The notes under the pieces were generated by a model. The model was not told the DNA's origin. It made no database searches and was given only the letters and a program-made list of their open reading frames with translations. A stretch of 64,000 nt of DNA from Eledone cirrhosa (taxonomy: Eukaryota), in NCBI GenBank assembly GCA_964016885.1, contig OZ024753.1:15810001-15874000 (forward strand). Direction: 5' to 3'. Below are positions 27,241 through 37,730 of this stretch, one piece after another (within the stretch, counting starts at the first letter, position 1; each line of letters opens with the position of its first letter). The position numbers were made by a program, and so were the translations under genes.

Positions 27241-29456
27241 CATGGATGATAACTGGAATTTCTTACGTGACAACTTGCTGCAGGCTACTGATGAAACTTG
27301 TGGCTGGAGCAGAGCTCCAACCAGACAGAGAGTGACCTGGTGGTGGAACAGCACAGTAGATAAGGCCATTAGAGACAAAAGACTAGCATGGAAGGCTTGG
27401 AAAAAGGGTGAGAGTAGGGAAGAATATACAGCCACTAAGAGAGAAGCTAGACGTCAGGTGTACTTAGCACGCAGGGAGGCTGAGAGTAGGAGGTTTGCCA
27501 ATGTTCTGCAACGGGAAGATCAGAGACGTGCGGTGTTCCACATTGCAAGGCAGTGTGTCAATGCAAATCAGGATGTTGTTGGAGATAAATGTGTCTGGAA
27601 TGATGCTGGTGTACTTAGTGTCACGAATGATCAGAAAAAGGAGGCCTGGAAATGTCATTATGAGAGACTGATGAATGTGGAGAACGAATGAGGAGAGGGA
27701 GAAATTACCCTAAGTAGATCCGACAGGAGGACCAGCTATTGAGATTGACGAATATAGGGTCCAAGAGGCGATTAAGTAAATGAAAAATGGTAAGGCTGCT
27801 GGACGATCGGGAATAGTTGCTGAGATGCTGAAGGCATCAGGGGACGTAGGCACTAAACTGGTTGCACGCATCATCAATCAGGCTATATATGGTGGTGTCA
27901 TACCCAAAGACTGGTGCAGCAGTATTCTCATAAATTGCTACAAAGGTAAAGGGGATGCTCTTGGGAGGAGCAATTATAGGGGTATAAAACTGATGGATCA
28001 GGTTATGAAAGTGGCAGAAAGGATATTAGGACAACTAATTAGAGAAAGGGTCAAACTAGATGAGATGAAGTTTGGTTTTGTGCCTGGGAAGAGTACAACA
28101 GATGCCCTCTTCTTGGTGAGACAATTTCAAGAGAGGTTCTGAGAGAAAAATAAGCCACTATACTTAGCCTTTGTTGACCTAGAGAAGGCCTTTGATAGGG
28201 TACCCCGATCTGTCATCTGGTGATCCCTAAGGAAGCTAGGTGTTGAGGAATGGCTTGTGAAGACAGTGCAGACTTTGTAGAGAGGTACTGTCATTAAAAT
28301 CAGGGTAGGAATGAACTTTAGTGACGAATTCCAGATACAGGTAGGAGTACATCAGGGTTCGGTCCTCAGCCCGCTCGTGTTCATTATAGTCCTCCAAGCC
28401 ATAACAGAGGAGTTTAAGACTGGCTGTCCATGGGAACTTCTCTATGCTGACGATCTGGTTCTTATAGCAGAATCAGTAGAGGAGCTAGAGAATAAATTCT
28501 GGCTATGGAAACAGCAGTTGGAAGCAAGAAAACTGAGAGTGAACCTAGCTAAGACAAAAGTGTTGATGAATAGAAAAGAGGACAAAACTCTGATTCCGTC
28601 AGGGAAATGGCCATGTTCGATATACAGAAAAAGAACTGGCATAAATTCTATAAAATACACACAATGCAGATCCTGGGTACACAAGAGATGTAGTGGGATA
28701 GCAGGCAAACTAACAGGTAGGCAGAAATATGTATGCAGTAGATGTACAGGGAAATTAGACAGTAGAAGTCGCATTGATAGAAACATTTTTCAAATGCAGG
28801 CGGGTGTTATAGAAGTGGTGGATAGCTTCCGGTACCTAGGGGATCAGATTAGGATGGGAGGAGGGGGGGGGGGGTTCCGAGGCCATAGTATCTAGAATAA
28901 GGACGGGTTGGAAGAGATTTAGGGAGCTGCTTCCTCTGCTGATGAAGAAGGGTTTCTCCCTGCGTACGAAAGGCTGGTTATATGATGCCTGTGTGAGGAG
29001 CGCAATGCTGCATGGTAGTGAGACATGGGCAGCAACTGCAGAGGATATGCGATGGCTGGAGAGAAATGAGGCAAGCATGCTCCATTGGATGTGCAGTGTA
29101 AATGTGCGCGAATGACCCAGCATGAATATGTTGAGAGAGAAACTGTGTCTGAGAGGGATAGAATGTAGTGTACGGGAGAGGAGACTGAGGTGGTATGGAC
29201 ATGTGATGCGCATGGAGGATGACCGATGGGTGAAGAAGTGCCAGGAATGCCAGTTGAAGGAAGACGTGGTAGAGGTAGACTAGGAAAAACATGGGCGGAG
29301 GTGGTGAGAACAGACCTCAGATCGCTGAAGCTCACGGCGGAGATGACGAAGGACCATGACAAGTGGAGAGATGCTGTGCTAAATAAGACCTGTCCCACCC
29401 TTGCGAGCAGGGAAGAGCGGACGTAAAATGATGATGATGATGATGATAATGATGAT
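27241..29456 (+). mobile_element. RTE LINE family B, 5'-truncated, multiple stops
   Basis: MKNGKAAG, NYRGIKL, GVHQGSVLSP, LYADDL, TWAEVV. Highly similar to 62635-64000. (GAT)n tail. Confidence 0.95.
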
Positions 29457-29995
29457 AGGGATTGTAACAGCCAGTTACTGTAGGTTCACCAGAGTACTCG
29501 ATGTATAGTTTCCAGTAAGTATAGAGGTATAGTACTAAGCAGAATGTAATACTACTAATAAAAAGGACGATTTCTTATGTCTTCATTACGTTTATTGAGT
29601 AGTGGCACATGTTTCACTAATGATGAGCTCAAGGTTTGATCTGTATCGATTTGGCCTGACCCTGGAATCAAAAGCTCATTAGACTTCTGTTATATACTAA
29701 TGATAGTCTTCAGTGTCTGTCTACCAAATTTCACTCATAAAATATTGGTAAATCCGAGGATATAGTAAAAGGCCTGGGACTGAACCTGAAATTATGTGTT
29801 TGCAAAGCTAACTCCTTAACCAAACAGCCATCCCTACACCTATTTCCTAAAATATATAGACTTCATTTAAAATTCCACCCTCGGTTTTATTGATTCTTAT
29901 GACTTCAGTGGTTACTGTTAGTTCTTAAATATAATCCACTATATATATATACATACATATATACATATATATATATATAAATAAATACATACATA

Positions 29996-31457
29996 CTAAC
30001 AGAATGGCCTGGCATTACTCAGGCTTCTAAACATAGATTGGCATGTTTATCCCTCCTTTCTGAAGCAGTACAGATAAGTACGGAATACCTCGGCCTGGAG
30101 ATGGTGTCTACATTTTGTGCTTAGGCAAATAATTTTCCATTAAGATTTTTCAAAAGCATGTAATTGCATTCCCTCTCTTTTTTGATGTTGTTTTTGCTGC
30201 TGTTGGTGTGATAGTGTTGGTCGTACTACTAACACAGTCTCGTCCTTCAGCCAATCGTGTATATCCCCTTCTGCCTCATCTACCTAAACAATGATTGTAG
30301 CACCTCCTTGTACACAATGTTCCTTGTTCTTCCGTGTGGGGTATATGCAAAGAGATTTGTCTTGCTTCCCATTCTTGAGCAGCCAACGTATAGTTGCCCG
30401 TGTGAAAAACATGACTCTTCCAAAAGAAGACCAGCAACAGCTAGGGTCTGACCCTGGGATTTGCTGATAGACATTGCAAAGCTGACACGGTTTGGCAAAT
30501 GGTTCGTTGGTTGTCTGTTTTGAGTGCTCTTCTAGTGGCAGTACGTTCAGCATCTTGTGACCGTCGAATAGCAGATTCCACTGATGACTCATTTGCCCGC
30601 CTTGTTCTTTTTCTTGCCGCTTTCGCAGTATTTCGGCCAATGGAGTATCACTTCCTTCGAGGCATGACCTAAAAGCAGGATGAAGTACACTAAGATTAAC
30701 TGGTAGAGTAAGGAGTAAACTCGTCAGTGATGCATGTGATTTCCGAACCGTTGACTAAGTAATTGCTGGCCTTGTGCCAAAAGTAGTGGGACTTTTGGGG
30801 TGGCATATTAGTAGTAACAATGACGGTAAGCCGTCTGTGCTTTCGTGAAATAAATACGTTTGTTTATATTTTGTTTTTGTGTATGCAAAATTATCTGTAC
30901 ACGAATATATAATTATGTATATATATATATATATATTAAAATAACAGATTAAAGTTTAAGCAAAGAATCGCTGCTTTCACCCTTAACGGGATCTTCTGAA
31001 ACTAAAAACAATCAATCTGTGAACGGAGAAGTAAATATTTCGAAAAACGTTGCAACTGAAGGAAAACAGGAAGACGATACTTTGGTTCGTGAAGACGTTC
31101 CCTGGCAATGAACAGAAAATAGCGAAGATAATAGGTCAGCAATGAGAACAATTTTTGTCATAATGTCATAATGCAGACAGCCAGACATACAGACATTATA
31201 AGGGCGCGATATTATAGCTATGTATCTATCTAAAAAAACAAACTAAGAAAGAGAGAGAGATCGGTAACCAGCGCCTAACACCCCTTTAACAACAGAAAAT
31301 TGAAAAATAAAAGCTGCAGTTAATATCTTTAGACTGCAAGGAATATATAAATGCAAGTTTGAAGTCAATCAGAGTAGAAATGTGGATTTGTATAGACTTG
31401 GCAAAAATTAGGACACACACAGACACAGACAATTTCAGTTTTATATATATGTATAGA
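29996..31457 (-). mobile_element. Non-autonomous Helitron (ORF N-terminus fused to helicase C-terminus)
   Basis: A|TC 5' end at 31457. MPRRK*YSIGRNTAKAARKR..RANE (30665-30490) is joined to RVSFAMSISKSQGQT..FSHGQLYVGCSR..NIVYKEVL. 3' hairpin GCCTGAGTAATGCCAGGC plus TTAG|T. Confidence 0.85.
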
Positions 31458-31486
31458 TATATATATATGGTGAATTATATAAATAT

Positions 31487-32080
31487 ATATAAGTATGTAT
31501 ACGTACATGCATATATGTATACAGACGTACAGTAGTATGTATATATATATACATACATGCACACATATATATATGTACTATGGATTTACCGAGTATTTAT
31601 TATAATGCTCAGTTTGTTTGTAAACAAACATCCCGAATTAAGCCGTAAAAAGTGTTTAGCAACCATCGTTGCCCTTTTGTTCAACACTGACAAAGGAAAG
31701 ATGTACTAGTTTCAAGCTTATTAGCTATCGTGAGCACTGGATACCTTCCTGCCAGATGATTGAACATCTGAAAGTATATACTTTCCTTATGCATATTAAC
31801 GGCTGAGCAGCCTAATTTGCATATCATGTGAGTTAATCGGCCGGGCGCACCGAAAACGATAAATGGAATAAATTGTCAGTGTTGAACAAAAGGGCAACGA
31901 TGGTTGCTAAACACTGTAGGGCTTAATTCGGGATGTTTGTTTACAAACAAACCAAGCATTATAATAAATGTTCGGTAAATCCATACATACATATATATAT
32001 GTGTGCATGTATATATATATATATATACATACTACTGTATGTCTGTATACATATATGTATGTACGTATACATACTTATAT
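31487..32080. mobile_element. Foldback element: ~207-bp inverted arms around a 179-bp core
   Basis: 31487-31693 is the reverse complement of 31873-32080. Confidence 0.85.
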
Positions 32081-32194
32081 TTAAGTAACAGCCATACTAA
32101 GAGTGAGAAATGAAATTTTGTTTCATTTTTTCCATTTATATAAACATAAATATATATATATGTGTGTACATATATGTGTGTGCGTATGTGTGTA

Positions 32195-32362
32195 TCATCA
32201 TCATCATCATCGTTTAACGTCCATGTTCCACACTTGCATGGGTTTGGACGGGAGTTTTCCCACTTGAGGCAAGAGTGGTTGTCTTGCTCACATAGGACTG
32301 TCTGGCGGGTTTTCTACAGCTGGATGCCCTTTCTAACACCAACCACATTTACAGTGTGGGTG
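32195..32362 (-). mobile_element. RTE family A 3' tail fragment
   Basis: Matches 26085-26248. Confidence 0.85.
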
Positions 32363-32410
<48 letters not shown>

Positions 32411-32413
32411 ATG

Positions 32414-32446
<33 letters not shown>

Positions 32447-32894
32447 GTATATAGTAAACTTTTCTTCTTAATGACACTATATTATTGAACATATATGAAA
32501 TCTATCTTTGTTGTTTTTACTGTTGTTTGCTGATGTTGTTGTTGTTATAGCTACTGTTGTTGCAGCTGTAGTAGCTACTGTTGTTGTTGTTGTTTGGTAT
32601 AAAACATTCATGCTGAAACACATTACAAAGGTTAGAAATGATTCAATGTTAGATGATATCCAATATATTCCACAATTCGTCAATATATTCCAAAATTAGT
32701 AAATAATATATACTGACATGGCTATGTGGTAAAGGAATTCACTTTGCAATCAGAGGGCAAGGGTCTTATACTATAACCTCACCTTAACCAAAAATTTATG
32801 AGTCATATACAGAAAACACCTCAAGGAACTGGAGAAAGAAAGTCAGTGATGCTTTTGGACAGCTTCATGAACATTTATGGTACCGACGAGGTAT

Positions 32895-33250
32895 CACTAA
32901 GTGATGCCAAGGTGAAAGTGTATCTGACTTGTGTAGTCTTCTCTTTGTTTTATGGTTGTGAAACGTGGGTCACATACAGAAATCACCTCAAGAGACTGAA
33001 GAGGTTTCACCAACAATCTCTTCGTAAGTTACTTGGAGTGCGATGGAAAATGTTCATCAGTGATTTGGAAGTTCTCGAATGGAACAGGTGTGTGACTATA
33101 GAGAGCCTGATCTTTCAGAGTCGGTTGAGGTGGTGTGGTCATGTGGTCCGGATGTCTAATGATCGTATTCTAAAGCAACTTCTTTACCGGGAACTGTGTG
33201 AAGGAAGGCAACCACTACAAAAACCAAAAATGTGGTACCAGGACGGAATC
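32895..33250 (+). mobile_element. RTE/BovB-like LINE C-terminal fragment
   Basis: KVYLTCVV.SLFYGCETW, RFHQQSLRKLL, RLRWCGHVVRMSNDRILKQLLY. Confidence 0.85.
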
Positions 33251-33726
33251 TACAGAAGCCCTCTATTCTCCATGTTTGCACAGGTTAAAGGGGCTGTTAA
33301 ATTATGTGGCTGGACAGGTCAAGTGGTGACTCACCAAACTTCAACATGTGGGTTTGTTTCAGTCTGTGTCTTAATGTCTATGTCAATATCTTGTAATATA
33401 GGAGTTCAGCAAAAAGGGATCAATAAAATAGGTACCACACTTGATCAATCTGATTGACTAAATTTCTTGAAGGCAGTGCCCCAGCATGGCCATCGGCTGA
33501 TGATCCTGTCAGTATTCAGGTGAATCACCAGAGTAACAAGGCTCACTACATAGCCATGATATATACATATATATATATAGTTATATTTGGGGAGGGTCAT
33601 ATTATTATAATATTGCCAGAAATAATAATAAATATAAATATATATATATATATACATTATGAAGAGAGAAGAAACATTTAGATATAATTAGTAATAAAAT
33701 GTATCATACCTAAACTGCTCCTAAAT

Positions 33727-33816
33727 TCCTCGACTACGTAGTTTCGTGGCATAAACAAAAACAATATATCATAAAGATATAGAGTCCCTGCGAGGTCTGC
33801 CGACTTATCAAGAGGA
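33727..33816 (-). ncRNA. Hammerhead ribozyme, U3:A8 core variant (inverted arm)
   Basis: Reverse complement of 34410-34499. Confidence 0.72.
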
Positions 33817-34409
33817 TACCTCATTTTACTAGTCTCAAGAACGCGTCTACACGATGTGAGAAAGAATCCCAAAAGGCGGAGGGGGAGATAGTCACGTGAT
33901 ATAACGGTCGAGAAACAGAGCTAAGCCTCTTATAATCACGAAGAAAATACCACAGAGGCGGAGGGGGTATTCATGTATTTTTAACTCTGATACTGGTTCA
34001 GTCTAGTTCAACTGAATTGGTCTGTCCCGGTTATTCATTGAGCAACATCGGTGAAGTTGGCACCCTTAACTCACAGTTGGGTGCGGATGCATTCATGTAT
34101 ATATGTGTGTGTCCGCATGTATCTGTGTGTTTCTAAATATATTGTGAATAACTCCCTCTGGTCGAGCAATCTTTGAGGTGTGGGGACAACTGGAAAGCTT
34201 CCATTACTCATACTTCTAGCCTTCTTCACCACCTCTTCTGCGGCCTCGATATGAATACCCCCCTCCGCCTCTGTGGTATTTTCTTTGTGGTTATAAGAGG
34301 CTTAGCTCTGTTTCTCGACCGTTATATCGCGTGACTATCTCCCCCTCCGCCTTTTGGGATTCTTTCTCACGTCGTGTAGACGCGTTCTTGAGACTAGTAA
34401 AATGAGGTA

Positions 34410-34499
34410 TCCTCTTGATAAGTCGGCAGACCTCGCAGGGACTCTATATCTTTATGATATATTGTTTTTGTTTATGCCACGAAACTACGTAGTCGAGGA
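34410..34499 (+). ncRNA. Hammerhead ribozyme, U3:A8 core variant; predicted cleavage after 34494
   Basis: TCCTC-TTGATAA-GTCGGCA...TGCCAC-GAAA-CTACGTAG-TC-GAGGA. Stem I TCCTC/GAGGA, palindromic stem III ACTACGTAGT, GUC triplet. Confidence 0.75.
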
Positions 34500-35005
34500 A
34501 TTTAGGAGCAGTTTAGGTATGATACATTTTATTACTAATTATATCTAAATGTTTCTTCTCTCTTCATAATGTATTTTTAACTCTGATACTGGTTCAGTCT
34601 AGTTCAACTGAATTGGTCTGTCCCGGTTATTCATTGAGTAACATCGGTGAAGTTGGCACCCTTAACTCACAGTTGGGTGCGGATGCATTCATGTATATAT
34701 GTGTGTGTCCGCATGTATCTGTGTGTTTCTAAATATATTGTTAATAACTCCCTCTGGTCGAGCAATCTTTGAGGTGTGGGGACAACTGGAAAGCTTCCAT
34801 TACTCATACTTCTAGCCTTCTTCACCACCTCTTCTGCGGCCTCGATATGAATACCCCCCTCCGCCTCTGTGGTATTTTCTTCGTGGTTATAAGAGGCTTA
34901 GCTCTGTTTCTCGACCGTTATATCGCGTGACTATCTCCCCCTCCGCCTTTTGGGATTCTTTCTCACGTCGTGTAGACGCGTTCTTGAGACTAGTAAAATG
35001 AGGTA

Positions 35006-35095
35006 TCCTCTTGATAAGTCGGCAGACCTCGCAGGGACTCTATATCTTTATGATATATTGTTTTTGTTTATGCCACGAAACTACGTAGTCGAGGA
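35006..35095 (+). ncRNA. Hammerhead ribozyme, U3:A8 core variant; predicted cleavage after 35090
   Basis: Identical to 34410-34499, 596 bp downstream. Confidence 0.75.
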
Positions 35096-35328
35096 ATTTA
35101 GGAGCAGTTTAGGTATGATACATTTTATTACTAATTATATCTAAATGTTTCTTCTCTCTTCATAATGTATTTTTAACTCTGATACTGGTTCAGTCTAGTT
35201 CAACTGAATTGGTCTGTCCCGGTTATTCATTGAGCAACATCGGTGAAGTTGGCACCCTTAACTCACAGTTGGGTGCGGATGCATTCATGTATATATGTGT
35301 GTGTCCGCATGTATCTGTGTGTTTCTAA

Positions 35329-35366
<38 letters not shown>

Positions 35367-35404
35367 ATATTAATAAATGGAAAGTATATTTATAAAACCA
35401 TAAT

Positions 35405-35469
35405 TATTTTATTATATATATTTCAAGGGCAACCAAGGCAGTCTTGGTGCGCTTTCATCAGATAAAATA
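35405..35469 (-). ncRNA. Minimal type-I hammerhead ribozyme
   Basis: Reverse complement of 36033-36097. Confidence 0.8.
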
Positions 35470-36032
35470 CAAAATTTGTTTTATAAATATTGACATAACC
35501 GTGGAAAACAACCTTGACGGTTGAAAATTCGCTGGATAGTGACAAATTTTATTGAGGGTAATTCAAAGTTGTGTGTGAATATGCAAATAAATGTCAGAAG
35601 AATTGAAAAAAACAACCGTTTATTTAAATTACACTGTTGGAAGAAGAGAGAGAAAAAAAAGGAGAAAAGAAAAGAAAATATTAGTATATGTAGAAGTAGA
35701 GTGAAGAAGTAGAGTGAAGAATTAAAGTGAGGATGAGTTCATATAACATAAATACGTCTTATGTTTATGTTACATATGTATACGTATATTTACTAATAAT
35801 TGTTAGAATTCTATTATAATGAATATTTATTTACTATTGTAAGTATATAGAAAATTAGATATATAGAAAAAAATAAAGATATATTATTATTTTTTTCAAT
35901 TTTTCGAACATTCATTTGCATATTCACACAGAACTTTGAATTACCCTCAATAAAATTTGTCACTATCCAGCGAATTTTCAACCGTCAAGGTTGTTTTCCA
36001 CGGTTATGTCAATATTTATAAAACAAATTTTG

Positions 36033-36097
36033 TATTTTATCTGATGAAAGCGCACCAAGACTGCCTTGGTTGCCCTTGAAATATATATAATAAAATA
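36033..36097 (+). ncRNA. Minimal type-I hammerhead ribozyme; predicted cleavage after 36089
   Basis: TATTTTAT-CTGATGA-AAGCGCACCAAG actgc CTTGGTTGCCCTT-GAAA-TATATA-TA-ATAAAATA. Perfect 8-bp stem I, palindromic stem III. Confidence 0.82.
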
Positions 36098-36332
36098 ATT
36101 ATGGTTTTATAAATATAGTTTCCATTTATTAATATATTGAATATTTACTCCAGTAAACTGTTGAGTGCTTTATATCAGTTATAAACTTTTAAGTTTTTTG
36201 GAATCACAACAAATTAAATATAACTCTGCATATATATATATGTATGGAAAAGGTAAACAGAAATAACAACACAATCGGTACAGTATATAGAAGGGATATA
36301 TTAGGTTAATGCTTGATATAGCAGGAAGAAGG

Positions 36333-36368
36333 TCTTAACGTTTCGGACGCTAGTCCTTCATCAGAAGA
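36333..36368 (-). ncRNA. Minimal hammerhead motif in a PLE-like end (36248-36368)
   Basis: TCTT-CTGATGA-A-GGAC TAGC GTCC-GAAA-CG-TT-AAGA. Family copies at 47180-47300 and 57275-57385. Confidence 0.7.
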
Positions 36369-36639
36369 AAGAATGAGAAATAAAATAGATTGAGGGGACG
36401 GGCGGGATGGAATTGGAAAAAATGTCTTTAGATAAAAATACCAGTTCTATTTATGTTGACACCTCTTGCAAACTGTTGGTGCTGGCGTTTTGTGTATGAT
36501 TTGTTTTTTAGAGATAGCTAGATAAATAGAAAGCTAGAGAGAGAGAATTAAAATTTTATCTATCTCTATACCCACTCTGCAGCTCCCCAAGCATTGAGTA
36601 CTCCCATGATTAGTGGTCTCCTTGGTCTCAGCACTGCAG

Positions 36640-36674
<35 letters not shown>

Positions 36675-37186
36675 GTTTTGATATGCACTCTTTTTCCTGC
36701 TACTAATTTTGTCTCTCACTCTTTTAAGTTGTGAAATAGACTGGTTCTCTATGCACGTGGCTGACACATTTCAGCTCGCTACTATATTGCTCTATAATGG
36801 ATAATCGCATTTAAAGTCCGTTAAAGGTTCTTGGCACTACCATTGTTACCATCGCTTTCCTCTAGCCATGGGGCTTGGAGACATGAGCCGAATGCTACCA
36901 TTCTATTTTATATCAATGTGAACTGCTATTTCTAATAGCCATCTTTTCACCCCTTGATAATTTCTGTGTGAGACACGTTGGCTGAGGGCTTCTGACAGGA
37001 ACTAAAAGATTGATTCTTTTTAGCTTCCCGTCCCCACGTAAAATTTGTAAATCAGTGGCAAGTTGAGAGATAGAGTCCTATCGGTTGCCAGTTGCTAATC
37101 GCTTTACCGTGTCAGTCGTCACAAACAGTCATGACCGGCATGGGCTGGTCTTCGGATTCTGTCGATCGATTGGTTATTGATTAGGC

Positions 37187-37304
37187 GATACCCGCTGATG
37201 AAGCCGCATAAGCCGATTGTGCATTGTTGCATAATATATGCAGACAGAAGGTGCAGTGCACCTTACTGCTGCATTAGTGCGGCAGAAACTCGAGTCCGGG
37301 AATC
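37187..37304 (+). ncRNA. Type-I hammerhead ribozyme with large branched stem II; predicted cleavage after 37296
   Basis: CCCG-CTGATGA-A-GCCGCA...TGCGGC-A-GAAA-CTCGAG-TC-CGGG. Internal hairpins AAGGTGCAGTGCACCTT and TGCATAATATATGCA. Confidence 0.8.
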
Positions 37305-37560
37305 TTATAGGCACCCGTTTTACGTGTGTTGTGTTGAGGCAAATAACTATGTGTATACTCTGGTAATGTATCTTACATTGCCTATTGAGTACACTGAGAT
37401 ACAACTGGTACTGGCATTGATAAATATGCTGGGTCCGTCAACCCTTATTATTATATATATATGAAAACAGGGAGAAAGAGACAATTATGAGGAAGAAAAA
37501 TATATTTTTTTCCTTTTTTTTGTGTCTCTCTCTCTTTTTTTTCTCTCCACATTTTATTAT

Positions 37561-37599
<39 letters not shown>

Positions 37600-37658
37600 T
37601 GGGCAGTGAACAGGAATAAGAAATATTTTCCTTGCTATAAATGCCAGCAAATACTTTT

Positions 37659-37727
<69 letters not shown>

Positions 37728-37730
37728 TTA

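Larger units (their letters stand above)
33652..35335 (+). mobile_element. 596-bp tandem array (2.3 units) plus 5'-inverted 322-bp arm; retrozyme-like or Penelope-like pLTR element
   Basis: Unit starts at 33974, 34570 and 35166. 33652-33973 is the reverse complement of 34251-34573. One HHR per unit. (TA)n on both flanks. Confidence 0.85.
35363..36232. mobile_element. Palindromic Penelope-like element remnant (arms ~35363-35612 and ~35890-36139)
   Basis: Near-perfect inverted arms, each with an HHR. Same family at 55233-55630. Confidence 0.8.

Noticed and set aside
34354-34548. 64-aa ORF present three times
   Set aside because: TTG start, no recognisable motif, and it overlaps the ribozyme. 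Identity reflects recent duplication, not selection.
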